Origin: Podarcis erhardii
Taxonomy: Eukaryota
DNA: 64,000 bases
Assembly (NCBI GenBank): GCA_964252035.1
Contig: OZ176207.1
Direction: 5' to 3' (one strand)
Shown here: positions 43,914-57,814 of the stretch, piece by piece
How positions within the stretch are numbered: the first letter of the stretch is position 1
Layout of the letters: every line of letters begins with the position of its first letter
The notes under the pieces: model-generated
The model's input: the letters and a program-made list of their open reading frames with translations, nothing else
Told to the model about the DNA's origin: nothing
Databases searched by the model: none
Made by a program: the position numbers and the translations under genes

Positions 43914-46900
43914 GCATGCACTCACATACCTATATACACACAGGCTTCTGAATCATTCCACTTTGAATGAAATGATGTGCTAGATGTCAATAGAGTAATT
44001 CCAGGTTCAAACAGTGGCTGTAAGTTCCTACTCTACTGTTATAATCCATTCCACTCTATTTACACTTGCACAACAGAAATTGCCCCTTCCTTCCCCCAAG
44101 TCCTCCAGGGCAGATTGGGCATATAAGGGAGAAGTTCTGTTGCACAACTGTACATTCTTGCATTAACAGAATGATTGCATTCTTAATTTTTAAAAAGTGA
44201 ACATTTCATACTTATTTTTGCTCTGTACCTACCCTGAATATCAGGGGGGAAAGGGCAAGGGAAGGAAAGAAAAGAAGGGAAAGCCAGGCTTTTGCAATTA
44301 GAAATTGAGCATATTTGGCCTCCAGGAAAAGAACTATTGACATTGGCTCTTGCGAAAGAACCCTGACAATTTGCTACAATGAAAGCAGTGACACAAACAC
44401 GACATTGTCACTAGTTCAGTACAAATGGAAACCAAGGGCAGGAGACCACATAAGGTAGGGAAACCGAACAGCTGGGAAGAAGGCAGACTCCATGGAATTG
44501 GAGTAGTGCAAAGTCACTGCAGACTTTTATTTGATGTGGGCATACAAGAGCAAAGCTCTATTGAAGTCAACGAAGCTATGAATCTGGCTGCTCGACACCA
44601 GCTGGAATGCTCAGCTTGAGTTGGCACCTAACATTTTTCCATGGCTGGAAAAAAATAGCAATAATAAACGCAGATGCTTTCAAAGTGTAATGCTGCCATT
44701 ATATGCTCCTTTGTGACAGCCTATTGATGCAAAGTGGCTGTGAACTGAGCACCACTCATCATTTAACCCAGATTTATGGATAATTTATAACAAAAATACT
44801 GGCTGTGCCATGAAGTCCAAGGTGACTCTAAGATTCAAACGGGCTTCTTAAAAAGAAAGAATGCCATTAAAAAAAAAGTAATAACAATTTTTATGTAATG
44901 CACCCCAACTCTCTGTAAAATAACACCATAAAACACAATTCAGTAATATAAGATGCCCAGCGTGAAAAAGAATGTGTGTCATTTACACTTTCTTTATCTC
45001 TGCTTCAGGATAATGCACAAAGTGGTCCTTACCCTCCCAAGTACTGCATGATCTGAAACAAAAATTCTGTTCCTTCTGTCAAGCCATAAATGATGTTTAA
45101 CATATCCAGGAATAAAGCCAACTTCAGAATAACACTGATGTCATCCTGAATTTGAAACTAGAACTGTGCAATGTTTTGGGATACATTCAAAACTGGGGTG
45201 CTTTAGAGAGATTCTGGGCTTGAGCAAGAGGAAGTGGGATCTGTACAAGGCACCCTGATTTGAAGTGGGGATCCCTCCTTCCCTTGTGGCACCTCAGAGA
45301 CTCTGGTATAAAAAAGAGCTCCAGCCAAGTATCTTCTAAAAGTGAAACATATAAAGGGTAAACTGAGCTAGAGGGCAGAGGTAAATACCAGGATGCAGAC
45401 ATGAAAAAGACAAAGCTCCATTGTAACTGAGAGGTCAAGCTTGCAAACAGAAGAGGTTCTTTTACCAGGCTTTCCAAACCCAGTGCCTTTTGGGAAGGTA
45501 AATTATCTACCCCCAAATTAAATGTGGGCCTTGTAAACAACAACAACAACTGCTGAGCAGCTTTATCTTCCTATCTGCAATTTTCAAACCAATTGCCCAC
45601 CAAACACATGTGGAGATTAAGTGAGTTCCATTCTGAAACTGTTAGCAGCTGTCCTTGCAGGAAAATCACTGCAGATCTCTTTCTGAAATTTGGCAGGACT
45701 CATCTCTTCAGAATGGATGAGCTTGCCTGCAAACGTCACTCAATTCTACCTTTAAAAGTTTAAAAGGTATAGACATTTCCTTTTAAAAAAGAAAAAAAAC
45801 AAGTTGACTAGGACAAAAAGAAACGAAAAGGAAGAAAAGACCTGGACTGGTTTGCCTGCAATTTTGGCAAGCTCGAACCACTCTGGAGGGGTGAACTATG
45901 CTTGCAAAATCTCTTCCACTTTTATCAAAAAGTTATGGCCATTTAGATAAAATTTCCCAATAGTGGGTGCAGGGGGGCAGGAGTGAAGCCTCACCCCCCC
46001 CCCATTGTGGCCTCTGTCTCAGACCCAAAGCTGAAACAGAAAGCCTCTAAAGTGTTTTCTGAAGTGCTGGATCTGGGTGTAAACCAAACCTTGTGGCCAG
46101 TGCACCACGACTTACAACTCTGGCATGCTACCAGAGACATTTGTGAGCAAAATGAGCTGCTGCCTTAAGACAAATGCCTGACGCTCTTAAACAAAGGTGA
46201 AGGAAAATGTGGGGCTATATAAGTCAATGGGTTTTCCCACCAGAAGAAGTAATGAGCTGCACCACTGCTCCTGGTGAGCGGAATTTCAACACACAGCTTA
46301 TCTGCAGGTTTAAATAAAACTTGTCATAAAATCTATTTCTTCCCCCCATAGACTCTATAACTTTTTGTTGCACAGTCCTGAAATGCCATGTAGCCAGGAA
46401 GAAGAACCTGGTTTCGAACAGCTAAATACATGGAACATTTTCATTAATAATAGCAACCCCATTCACAGCTGCATAATTAACACCTTGAATAAGGGAGGGA
46501 AAGGGCAAGAAAGTTAAGGTAATTTTTGTAGGCATTCCTGTAGCCTGTTTCTGCAGCGGTTATGGGCTCGCTTTGTTAAAACCCTTGGTTCTTTTCTTCC
46601 TTGTTCTTCAGTTTCTGTAGACTCTAATCAGCATAACGTGTGGGCCTTGTACCTTTGCAGCAGATGTCTCATTGCTGAAGGTACCTCCATGGGAGCAAAA
46701 TCCCATCAAAAGCAGAACCAAAATCAGGGCAGGGTAGTTAAAGCATGCAATAATTGGCTGGCATGGACATCCTTTAATGTTCTTTAACTTGTGTTATGCT
46801 ATGGAATGCTCTCCCTAGGAATGCTCGCCTGGTGCCCATATGGTTGTGTCTTCAGTACCAGTCTAAGGGTTCATCCAGATTTCTTTTTGCCCCATGTTTC

Positions 46901-48085
46901 TAGGCACAGGTCTGGGCTTTAAAGCTCCATGTTGAAGTGGGCTGCTGTTTTTTCCTGTCCCAAAACTTTCCCTGGGAAAACCTGTGTTTTACTGCTGAAT
47001 CATAACAAAAGCCAATCAGTGGGTGGTTTTTAAATTCCATGTCTGACAGCAATTGCCACTTGTTTGCTTTTTATCGTCTTCTATGTACTGGTTTTTTATA
47101 CTTGGCTTTTATGCTTGCTGGGTTTTTAAACTTATTGCAGATTTTTACTGCACCATACATTTTATTTTTCTGTACTAGGCCCAAAGCATTTATTTCATGG
47201 GGTATCTTATGTGCATAATGATGAATAAATAAATGGAATTAGAATTCAGACTCAAAGGTGCCAGATTTGACCTCGTTGGCAATGACTGGCAGGGAAGTTT
47301 GCAGTCCTGAACAAAAGGGGGGGGGGCTTAACTTCATTCAGAAAATTGCACACACACAGTCTCTGTATACATTTGTGGTTAGAGCTACTGGGAAGTTCTC
47401 CTGCACAACCTGCCTTGGAGGAAAGGGAGCAGTGAAAAATCATAGCAATGCACTTTCCCGGCTCCCTTTCCCCCTATCCCAAGTGGGAGGATTTCTGCTG
47501 TTCATTTATATTAATGGCCAAAGCCTAGGACCAACCATAATTAATTTCTACTCTAATTTTGAGCACAACGGATAGGGCTACTCCGGTGATTTATCTATAC
47601 ATTCACAAGCACATAAGCACATTCCTTTCTTTAACCAGAGTGGGGGAATTCTTCCCCTTCCATTTTTATCTGAACTCTTGCTGAGCCCTTTAAAAGCCGT
47701 TGGTGGTTTAAAATAAACTAGTATTTTACAGCTCCTTCACAAAACAACGTGAGTTCTGCCAGAAGCTCCAAAGCAAGATGAAGTAGAGAACAATCATTTC
47801 CACATAATGAAATTGTTTGAAAAGCTTTCCCTCGACGTACCTATATAAGTACTATTTTGCTAGGAATTCTTGCTCCAGTGCCAATGATGTGACACACAAT
47901 ACTGTGGCTTGGCAGCTATACCACCACTACAGCTGAGAGGGTGGCTGAAGGCTGCAATCATAAACACACCAGGTCTCTTTTGACATCATAGAATTCACTT
48001 CAAAGCAGACGTACCTAGAAATGTCCTGCACAACTTTGCTGAATTGTGAGCACTAACTGGTAGTCATCACTGAGCCCTATGAACA

Positions 48086-48437
48086 TTGTTGTTGTTGTTG
48101 TTTAGTCATTTAGTCGTGTCTGACTCTTCATGACCCCATGGACCAGAGCATGCCAGGCACTCCTGTCTTCCACTGCCTCCCGCAGTTTGGTCAAACTCAT
48201 GCTGGTAGCTTCGAGAACACTATCCAACCATCTCGTCCTCTGTCGTCCCCTTCTTCTTGTGCCCTCCATCTTTCCCAACATCAGGGTTTTTTCCAGGGAG
48301 TCTTCTCTTCACATGAGTTGGCCAAAGTATTGGAGCCTCAGCTTCATGATCTGTCCTTCCAGTGAGCACTCAGGGCTGATTTCCTTAAGAATGGAGAGGG
48401 TTGATCTTCTTGCAGTCCATGGGACTCTCAAGAGTCT
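48086..48437 (-). mobile_element. BovB (RTE) LINE 3' end
   Basis: (ttg)n tail, then the classic BovB ...catccaaccatctc.tcctctgtcgtccccttct...tggccaaagtattggag...tccagtgagcactcagggctgatttcc. Confidence 0.9.
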
Positions 48438-49844
48438 TTAAATGTATTTTGGCACCCTGTGTTTGGGATTCCCCAAATCTTTCCAAAGGCAACCAAGCAT
48501 TCTCTCTGCACAAGCACATCTACTTGCAATGATAAGCCTCCCCATGTGCTGTTTTGAAGTTCTCCTTCCCCTGCAAGCCAATTGTAGGGGGTGCAGGGGG
48601 TGGGGTGGGGAGATGGGGGGAAACCCCATTGCACGAGTGGAAACCCTTGTATGCGGCTTCCACTGATGGCGTTCATTGGTGAATTCCGCCCAATGTCTTT
48701 ATTCATAAATGTACAGGTTTAGCTGGTGTTATTGGGTGTGCAGAAACAAACAAGGTACTTAATGTACAGCAATGTTCAGTTTCCTACCATCCAAATCAGT
48801 TCCAAGTGAAGTGAAAATCTTCCATAAACCTTCTAGCTTTTCTTTCAACTCCTAAGACTGTCCCTCCCAGGTGAAACCAGTTCAGTCATCATGCTGGCCT
48901 ATGGGTGTGAGTTAGAATCCAGAAATCTGGAACAAAGGGTTACTTTCCACAGCCAATTGTCCATTGTCCCCTGTTAGTGTGTGGAACAAAAGGCCTCACG
49001 CTGAGCAAACTGAAGAACTCCCTTCATTTCTTTACTTTGGCTGGAATGCCAAACATCTTCTGGGATTTAACAGAGAAGGAAATGTAATCTCAGTGTCTAC
49101 TGAAAGTGCTCAAAACAAGGGCACAGGCACATATTTCTAAGGAAAGTAATAAGGTGTGAAAGAAGTGTTGTAAGCCATGAGCACACAAACAGACCTAGAC
49201 TCTGCCAGTGTTCCCCTGAGTCTATCAGAGTAGCACCAACTCCATATCTGTACAATGAAGTCACTGTCAGCAAAAGAGTGTGCCACGCCATGTACACACC
49301 CACGAAAGTAGGACACGGACTGCAATGTTCCCACATCTCTCTGTTGGAGTCCCTGTGATCTGCTCTCAATTACAGTGGCAACACTATAATTTTATCTGTT
49401 ATTTTTCTGAACGCACTGACATTTTCTAAATTCACAGGCCCATGGCTTTCTCAAAGGTGGAACTTTCAACTTCCTAAAACTTTTCAACTTAGGAATGTTT
49501 TCACTGTTGCTGGCACCTCTGCCCATTTTGTAGAGATTGAGATCTAAACCAGGGTTGAGATCAGGGGTGGGGATTGGGGAACACCAAACTGGCTGAGTTC
49601 AGGGTTTTGTTCATCTATCTTATTTTTTAAAAGCCAATGTATTCTGAATAGTGGTGGTCAATGTATTCTGAATAAGTGAGTTTTACAGCTGGCTACCACT
49701 GCTGGGTGAAAGGGAAGGAGTTACCACCAGAAGATACTTTCTAAATAAAGGTAAATTGGCTCCTGTTGTATAATTTGACCTTTTTCCATTCTCAATGTGG
49801 TTCATATCTATATAATTTAAGATTACCTATAATTGCTTTGGATA

Positions 49845-50214
49845 GGGACACAGGGGGCACTGTGGTCTAAACCACTGAGCCTCTTGGACTTGCCAATCAG
49901 AAGGTTGGTGGTTCAAATCCCCGCGATGGGATGAGCTCCCTTTGTTCGGTCCTGCCAACCTAGCAGTTCTAAAGCACGCCAGTGCAAGTAGATAAATAGG
50001 TACGGCTCTGGCGGGAAGGTAAATGGCATTTCCGTGTGTTGCTCTGGTTTTGGTGTTTCGTTGTGCCAGAAGAGGCTTAGTCATGCTGGCTACATGACCC
50101 GAAAAAGCTGTCTGCGGACAAACGGCGGCTCCCTCGCCCTGTAAAGTGAGATGAGCGCCGGAGCTCCAGAGTCATCTGCGACTGGACTTAACTGTCAGAG
50201 GTCCTTTACCTTTT
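49845..50214 (+). mobile_element. Sauria SINE, full length
   Basis: Perfect 15-bp TSD tataattgctttgga (49828-49842, 50215-50229). Confidence 0.9.
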
Positions 50215-50980
50215 TATAATTGCTTTGGAGTAGTTTTTTGCTATTACCCACTGCAATTTGTATCATTTGCTGTTGTGTTCAAAAAGCCAAATACTTTGTA
50301 GCTATAGACACAGGCAGGGAGATGACACATGCAGCAAATGCTGATTTGTTCCACTGTTCTTTAATGTTGCAATTTTGTAGATCTTTTAATCATTGTTTGT
50401 ATTTATTTTATGCTATGTAATACCTTAGGCATTTTTAGGAGGAACAAGAGTAATTAAATGAAATAAGCAAACAAATAAATTCCAGGTAGATGCTACATGT
50501 CTAGAGGTCATGTGCCCTATTTATATTGTAAGCCTCCACATGATCCTCAGATGAAGGACAGTATAGAAATTTAATATGAATGTTCAGGATTGGACTCATT
50601 TTATACCTATTTTTTTCTCCTGCAGCAAACAACAAGAACACCTTTCCCCCATGTTGACCAGTCCCTTTTCTATGTTCAGCAGATGAAGGCCTCCTGGTGT
50701 TTCCTACATGGGATGAGATACATGGGGTGAGGGCCCAATAGATGACTTTTTCAGTGGTGGGTCATTGCATGTAGATTCTTTCTCTACTACTGAGGTGTAT
50801 TTGGCCTCATTTCTTTATAGCTTCAGGTAGCTGGTCAAGGTGCATCTTTCTTTTCTTTTCTTTTTTTGGAGGGTGTTTGCAGGAGAAGAGGTCTGATTCC
50901 ATCACCACTAGTTATTGTCATTCAGTTTGTTGCTTTATATTTTAAATGCATTGTGGTTGGGTTTTTTTAAAAGAAAAAAC

Positions 50981-51116
50981 CAGGCATGGCCAAACTTGGC
51001 CCTCCAGATGTTTTAGGACTACAATTCCCATCATCCCTGACCACAGGTCCTGTTAGCTAGGGGTGATGGGAGTTGTAGTCCCAAAACAGCTGAAGAGCCA
51101 AGTTTGGTCATGCCTG
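50981..51116. mobile_element. Fold-back MITE (ctacaa.tcccatcatccct core; related cores near 8150-8240, 55320-55390 and 61660-61775)
   Basis: caggcatggccaaacttggc ... gccaagtttggtcatgcctg inverted termini. Confidence 0.7.
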
Positions 51117-52316
51117 TTTTAAGATATATACTGTAGCTATTCATTTTTATTGCAGATCTTCCTGTGGTGTGGCCTATGCAGAGGGTGGTATATGCATCAT
51201 CTAAATAAATCAATGCTTTGAATGTGTTTGAATTCTTTTAAACATTCAGTTACACCAGTGAAAATGCGAAGTTTCAAAATATGTCCATTGCTCACCCACT
51301 CAATTTCATTCATTCGGGGGGGGGGATGCTTCATGAAAACATGTCCCTCGGACAGCATTGGTCAGGAGAAGGCATACTATGAACAACTTAATCTTACTTC
51401 AAATATTTTAACTGATGACGGAGCACTATGCTGTCCCTGTCCCCCCCAAGACTGAATTTCGCTATCTTCAAACTGCTGGTTCATACATATATATGAGCAG
51501 CATCAAAGAAATCTATGAGTAGACAAATGACCTTCTTGAATACCAAAGGGGATGAGGCAGCACTGCCATTTCGTGGAATTAAGAATTCCAGCTGCTTCAA
51601 AGCAGGCAAGCCATGCCTATTAAAAGGAATCGTTGTGGCTTATCATGTAAATAAGAGGCTGGATTAAAAACGGTTTAAATGCCTTTTTTACATGTTAAAC
51701 TAGTGGGGAGGAAAGACGAGTTTGTGACATTTGAATGTTATTTGGGAGAATATTTAATTAGTATATGAGCCTAACATATCAGGCCGGATGTCCTTGCCAC
51801 CAAGTGTTTTTCTCCCTGCCCCCTACTCTTTTTATTATGTCACTATAAAGCAAATTTAGTTGCGTCACAAAAAAGGAGAGTAGTTTTACTGATATAGCTG
51901 CATTTAGATTTAATACTTCACCTTCAAGGCATGTACTCCAGAAATTACTTGCTCCAAAGGTGCCCTGAGGAAAACACAGGCAGAACTGTAACAGTGTGTT
52001 GTTGAGGCTGAGGACCTAAAGAGCTTTTGCACATCATTTCTATTCAGTTTGCAATATGTCACAACCTCCCAACAAATCCCAACGTGTCACCTCTATTTGC
52101 TTGGCGGTGCTCCGCCTGACCCAAAGTTTCCTGGCAAGTCACAGGCAACCCAAACATATTAGCTCTGGCTGCCCACAAAAGGAAACGAACAGGCTCACTA
52201 GAACCCAGTAGATGCAACTGATCTTCAGTAATGAGAAAAATACAGTCAATAATACTTCTGCAGAAATCATTTTGTAAACGACAAGAACCGTGGTGTAGTA
52301 GTAGATATCATCCTAG

Positions 52317-52656
52317 TTAAAGGTAGAGGTACCCCTGACTCTGGGGTTGCAGCCCTCATCTCGCTCTATAGGCCAAGGGAGCTGGCGTTTCTCCACAGAC
52401 AGCTTCTGGGTCATGTGGCCAGCATGACTAAACCACTTCTGGCAAACCAGAGCAGTGCATGGAAATGCCATTTACCTTCCTGCTGGAGCAGTACCTATTT
52501 ATCTACTTGCACTCTGACGTGCTTTCAAACTGCTAGGTTGGCAGGAACTGGGACCAAACAACGGGAGCTCACCCCGTCATGGGGATTCGAACCACTATCC
52601 TTCTGATCGGCAAGACCTAGGCTCTGTGGTTTAGACCACAGTGCCACTCACGTCCC
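52317..52656 (-). mobile_element. Sauria SINE
   Basis: 11-bp TSD tatcatcctag (52306-52316, 52657-52667). Confidence 0.88.
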
Positions 52657-52667
52657 TATCATCCTAG

Positions 52668-52893
52668 GTAGGTAAAGTAAAAGGTAAAGGACCCCTGAAT
52701 GGTTAAGTTCAGTGGACTATGGGGTGTGGTGTTCATCTTCACTTTCAGGCCGATTTCAAACTGCTAGGTTGGCATGAGCTGGGACAGAGCAACAGGAGCT
52801 CACCCCATCACACGGATTCAAACCACCGACCTTACCACCGACCATCAAGCCCAAGAGGCTCAGTGGTTTAGACCGCAGCACCACCTGCATCTC
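52668..52893 (-). mobile_element. Sauria SINE, internally deleted, abutting the previous copy
   Basis: aaggtaaagg tail and tRNA-like head are present; the central region is missing. Confidence 0.75.
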
Positions 52894-54753
52894 AATAAAT
52901 GTCCTCCTATAGCAATGGGAGTGACGGAGGCTCCATGGTGGGGCATCTGAAAAGCCACAGAGTCCAATGAGGCAGGGCAGAAGGGCTCAACTCTTCATGA
53001 TAAAAGAATGATAAAGGATGCCATTTTTGTATATTGCATAGGTTGCCAACTCACCAGAGACCAACTCTTGAAATGAAACATGAAACGGGGATGGATTATA
53101 ATATCACACATTATGTTATTATGAATGCTAGCCTTGCTATGTGTAATAATTTAAGAGTAATCCCACCTCAGTATTCCACCTTAGAAGAGGCACTGTTCAT
53201 TTCAACCCATTCACAATAATGAAAAAGTAAGCAATTAGGATTGGAACTTAAAACAAGCTAAATCATACCATTAAGATAATTTTAAAAGTGCTGCTCACAA
53301 GAGGAGATGTGGTTTCTTTTAATACCACTGTGGCTTATTTTAAATAAATGTTAAATTAATAGCTCTGATGTGATGTCTCCAATGACTAGTTAAACTAAGG
53401 AAATAATCACCAAAGTTAATTTTTCAAGGGATAGGGAGAATCTTGGCACACTTTTGTATTACTCCCCCCCCCCACACACACCTTTGGGCTAATAGCCAAA
53501 GGTCACTACAATTATATATATATGAAGATATAAACACTTAGCTGGGGTTACTTTTTGGAAGCTATCATTAATCTGATTTATAAGGCCTTTAAGAAAAGCA
53601 GCAACACACTACATCATTTCTGACAGCAGATTTTGAAATCTTAGAACAATGAGATAGCAAAACTAGAACATTGGTCAATTCCCCTTCTCCTATTTTGTGA
53701 CAACCAGCTGAGACCTAGTTTGCTCTCTATCTGCCCTCTGCTGCAGTCAAAAGCCAATAATGTTTTTAAAGCAGTTTATGAATTCTATTTGTACACTCTG
53801 TTTCCTGCCCTTTATTTTGAACTTGTGTTCTAAAGCAATGGAAATATATAATTCCCCAAACCTTCCTAGTAAATGCGACCTTTTTACCAACCAGGTGACA
53901 GCAGAACCAGCTGTATTAGCTGGAAGATTAAACCAGATTAACTCAGGCTGAAAATGAAATGCATGTTTTGAGAGCAAGGGTAAGAGAGAGGTGGTTAACT
54001 CCCTCTGGATTATAATCAGTAAACAAAGCTTTTTAAATAATATTTTTTTATTAAAAACTGCCACAGCTTAACCTCAAATTATTGGCTTCCTGCAGGAATG
54101 TCAAGTCAGTCCTTGACTGACAGTATTTGTGTCTCAGCCTAGAAATACGCAAAGCTATCATGTAAACTGATTTTACAGCTGAAAATATTTATGACAGATA
54201 AAGCATAATCCCCTAATCTGCCTTCTGTGCTTTTATAGTAATTAATGAGTAACCATATATATACTCTGTTGCTCAACACACCTGTATCACTAATCCAAGC
54301 TTATACTGTCTGGCAAGGATGAATTGGTTAAATTGCTCATGAAGAATCTTGGAATTTTTATTATCGGATCTCTCAAGTCAACCTTAAGCACTGGGGTGCC
54401 TGGCCCAGGCCCATTATGCTGTGCTCCTCCTCTAACATCAAAGCAGCTAAGCCAATGGCAGCCTGAAAGGCCATGACATTCCTTACCTATAAAGTCTACT
54501 ACAGCAGAATTATCACTGCCATCCACACAGATGTGCTAAGCCAAAAGGACCAGAGACTGAAGGGTGAAAAGCAGGTTCACAGAAGAAAGGAAGGTGGCCT
54601 GGTCATACAAGTCTTACGCCAGTGTTTCTCAGACAGTGAGCTGGGACCCATCCTTGGGCCACTTTCAGGTGGATCTCAGTGCCTCCTCAGTTGTTTGCCT
54701 TATTCCCTACCCACTCCTAGCCTTTTTGGTGAACCAATGCCTGCTCCTGAATG

Positions 54754-54881
54754 CAGACCTTCCAAGCATCCCTATTTTCCAAGGACATCCCTGATTTAAA
54801 GAAGCAGTCCTGGTTTCTGATTTGATCTCAGAATGTCCCCCTTTTCCTACGGATGTCCCTATTTAAATGTTGGAGGGTATG
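54754..54881. mobile_element. Short non-autonomous DNA transposon (TIR ca.acc.tccaa / gttggagggtatg); related ends near 12500-12578, 54960-54997 and 58100-58160
   Basis: Inverted termini with gtccc subterminal motifs. Confidence 0.45.
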
Positions 54882-56408
54882 GAGTTATCCAACCGCTGAG
54901 CCATCTGAAGGCAATCCTGTATAGTGTTGTTGTTTTTTACATTATGGTTATGGAATGAGACGTCCCCATTTTCATCAGAGAAATGTTGGAGGGTATGTGA
55001 CTGTTTCTGCATGCTGAGTAAAAGTGCCCAGGAGGCAAAGAATGCTGAGAGATGGGGGTGAAGAAAAGGAGGTGTTGAAGGAAATGAAAAGCTGAGATAA
55101 AAAGAGGATGGAGACAATAACAGAGAGGGAGGGAGGGAATATGAAAAGATAAGTGAAGAGAGATGAAAACAATTGACAGATGCAAGGCAGGACTCAGGCA
55201 CAACTGGAGAGTGAAAGGAGAGCAGGGGAAGAAATTACAGGAGATGGATAAAAATATTTTTAGAGGCAAGTGGGAGAGGGAAAACCTTGATTTAGAGCGG
55301 AGGAAGTCAAAGTGGTGACCTCCAGTTGTTGTTGGACTACAACTGCAGTCATCCCTGGCCACTAGCCATGATGGCTGGGGCTGATGGGATTTGGACAAGC
55401 CACAAGCCAAGCAGTGGCTCTTCAGTTAGAAGATTGGTAATGGAAGAAGCTTTCCAGAATTACAGCTTGCAAATGGCTACCAGTCACACTGTGGAGCGCA
55501 GCTACAGGTGAAGTGTGATCTTGGATGTGTTTGTTGTTCATGAAAACCATACTGGTTTGGTCAAGGTATCCTAGAAATGCTTCCCAAAATCATCAGCAAG
55601 ATGCAGGAGCAACTTGGCAAATAACCTGGAAAGGACTCCACAAAGGCAGAATTAAAACCTCTGCAATAAAGGATGAGAAGATGGATGTTGTCATGTTTGG
55701 TTATGCGGTGTAATAAGCACACCTCTGCTAATCTTTGGTTCAGTTAAAATCTACAGAATCACATGACTGTTAAAAAGCTAGGCTTCAGTGGTTCAGTTTG
55801 ATTGGACAACTATTAAGCAACATTGAAGCCAGCCTGGAAGTTACTTGAGTTTTCTTCACAGAGAGTTTAAAATAAAAAAAGTAAAAGAAGAATTTGCCTG
55901 CACACATGAGAATTTACATTCAGTTCCCCTTATACACCACATTATTGTATATTATTGTACTTCCTGAAATGGAGTTAACAGTCAAATAATATAAAACAAG
56001 TAAAAAAAACCACTGTGCCTTATCTTAATGAAAACATTATATTTTGAGGGAAGCTACATGACAAAAGTTTCCAAGGAAAATTATTCAAATTTTTATGAGA
56101 CATAAAGAAGATATTGTTTCTATGCCATATACTAAATTTTCTAGTGATTTTATTTTAAAGCATATGTGGAGAATTATGTGCTGCAGTCATTTATGGAGCA
56201 CAATGGCCTAATAGACTATCAAAGGGAAAGGGGGGGAGAAAACCCCCCTAAGAGGTGATGAGAATGTATAATTATATTTTAAAAACTTTTATAGTAAAGA
56301 CATTCCACAACAGTCATATTTTTATTAAGATGAAATGCAAGAAATTGGTGCCCCTCCTTCCCCTCGGTAACCAGAATTCTGGGGATGGGTTCAAAGTAAT
56401 TCATTGTA

Positions 56409-56632
56409 CTGTGGTACCTCGGTTTAAGAACAGCCCTGTTTAAGAACTATTCAGTTTACGAACTCCGCAAAACCGGAAGTACTGTCCCGGCTTGCGAACT
56501 TTACCTCAGTCTAAGAACGGAATCCGAATGGCGGGAGGCCTCATTAGGGAAAGCGCACCTCGGTTTAAGAACAGTTTCGGTTTAAGAACGGACTTCCAGA
56601 ACAGATTAAGTTCATATACCGAGGTACCACTG
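56409..56632. mobile_element. Tigger/pogo-type MITE
   Basis: ta|c.gtggtacctcgg...ccgaggtaccactg|ta. Confidence 0.8.
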
Positions 56633-56714
56633 TACTGATAGGACCTCTCCATAACTGGTGTTTTATTGCAGGTGTATCCTGCAACATTTTTCCTCACATA
56701 GTAATAGTGCATTA

Positions 56715-57026
56715 AAGGTAAAGGTACCCCTGCCCATCAGGGCCAGTCGTGACCGACTCTAGGTTTGCGCACTCATCTCGCTCAAGAGACTAAGCTGCAT
56801 CTGGCAAGCCAGCACCAGCGCCGCACACGGAAACGCCGTTTACCTTCCCGCTAGAAAGCGGTCCCTATTTATCTACTTGCACTTAGGGGTGCTTTCAAAC
56901 TGCTAGGTAGGCAGGAGCTGGGACCGAACGATGGGAGCTCACCCCGCCGCGGGGATTCGAACCGCCAAACTTTCGATCGGCAGGTCCTAGACTCTGTGGT
57001 TTAACCCACAGCGCCACCCGCGTCCC
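56715..57026 (-). mobile_element. Sauria SINE
   Basis: Perfect 12-bp TSD aatagtgcatta (56703-56714, 57027-57038). Confidence 0.88.
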
Positions 57027-57104
57027 AATAGTGCATTAGCGGTGGATTTATTCTGCTTTAGTTTGTTCCAAGATTATTCTTCAATGCTGTCTAGACGGGC
57101 TATG

Positions 57105-57457
57105 GCACAACAAAAGACACACCTGACCATAAGACGCACCTAGTTTTTAGAGGGGGGATGCAAGAAAAAATTATTCTTTAAAGGGAACGCTGAGCAGAGC
57201 CTGTATGCATCCCAGGCTCTGCTCAGCGCTCCCTTTCACGAGCCGTGTGGAGCGTGTGTGCGGCGCTTGCAGGCTTTTCGCCGAGGAGGGAGAAGGGCCA
57301 GAAGCTAGAACAGCAAGAGGGAGCGCTGCGCAGCGATCCCTCTTGCTGTTCTGGCTTCTGGGATAGCTGTGCAGCCTGCATTCGATCCCTAAGACGCACA
57401 CACATTTCCCCTTACTTTTTAGGTGGGAAAAAGTGTCTTATAGAGCGAAAAATACGG
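57105..57457. mobile_element. Tc1/mariner-superfamily non-autonomous element
   Basis: Right TIR cttatagagcgaaaaatacgg; degenerate left end with ataagacgcacc. Confidence 0.6.
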
Positions 57458-57554
57458 TGTATATACCACTTGTGGTATAACTGTGAATGCCCAAAAAACT
57501 TTTGCAGGCTTGTGTGACCACATCATGTGCATCATGAGCACAAATCCTCAAGAA

Positions 57555-57814
57555 CAGGGGTCAGCAACCTTTTTCAGCCGTGGACCAGTCCACCATCCTT
57601 CAGACTATGTGGTGGGCCAGACTATATATTTTTTGGGGGGGGGAGGGGGAATGAACAAATTCCTATGCCCCACAAATAACCCAGAGATGCATTTTAAATA
57701 AAAGGACACATTCAACTCATGTAAAAAGATGCTGATTCCCAGACCATCCATGGGCCAGATTGAGAAGGAGAATGGGCCGCATCCAGCCCACGGGCCTTAG
57801 ATTGCCTACCCCTG
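57555..57814 (-). mobile_element. hAT MITE, family copy 4
   Basis: caggggtcagcaac ... ttgcctacccctg; 8-bp TSD ctcaagaa/atcaagaa. Confidence 0.82.

Noticed and set aside
55010-55290. Purine-rich tract with overlapping ORFs
   Set aside because: Low-complexity GA-rich sequence; the ORFs are compositional artefacts.
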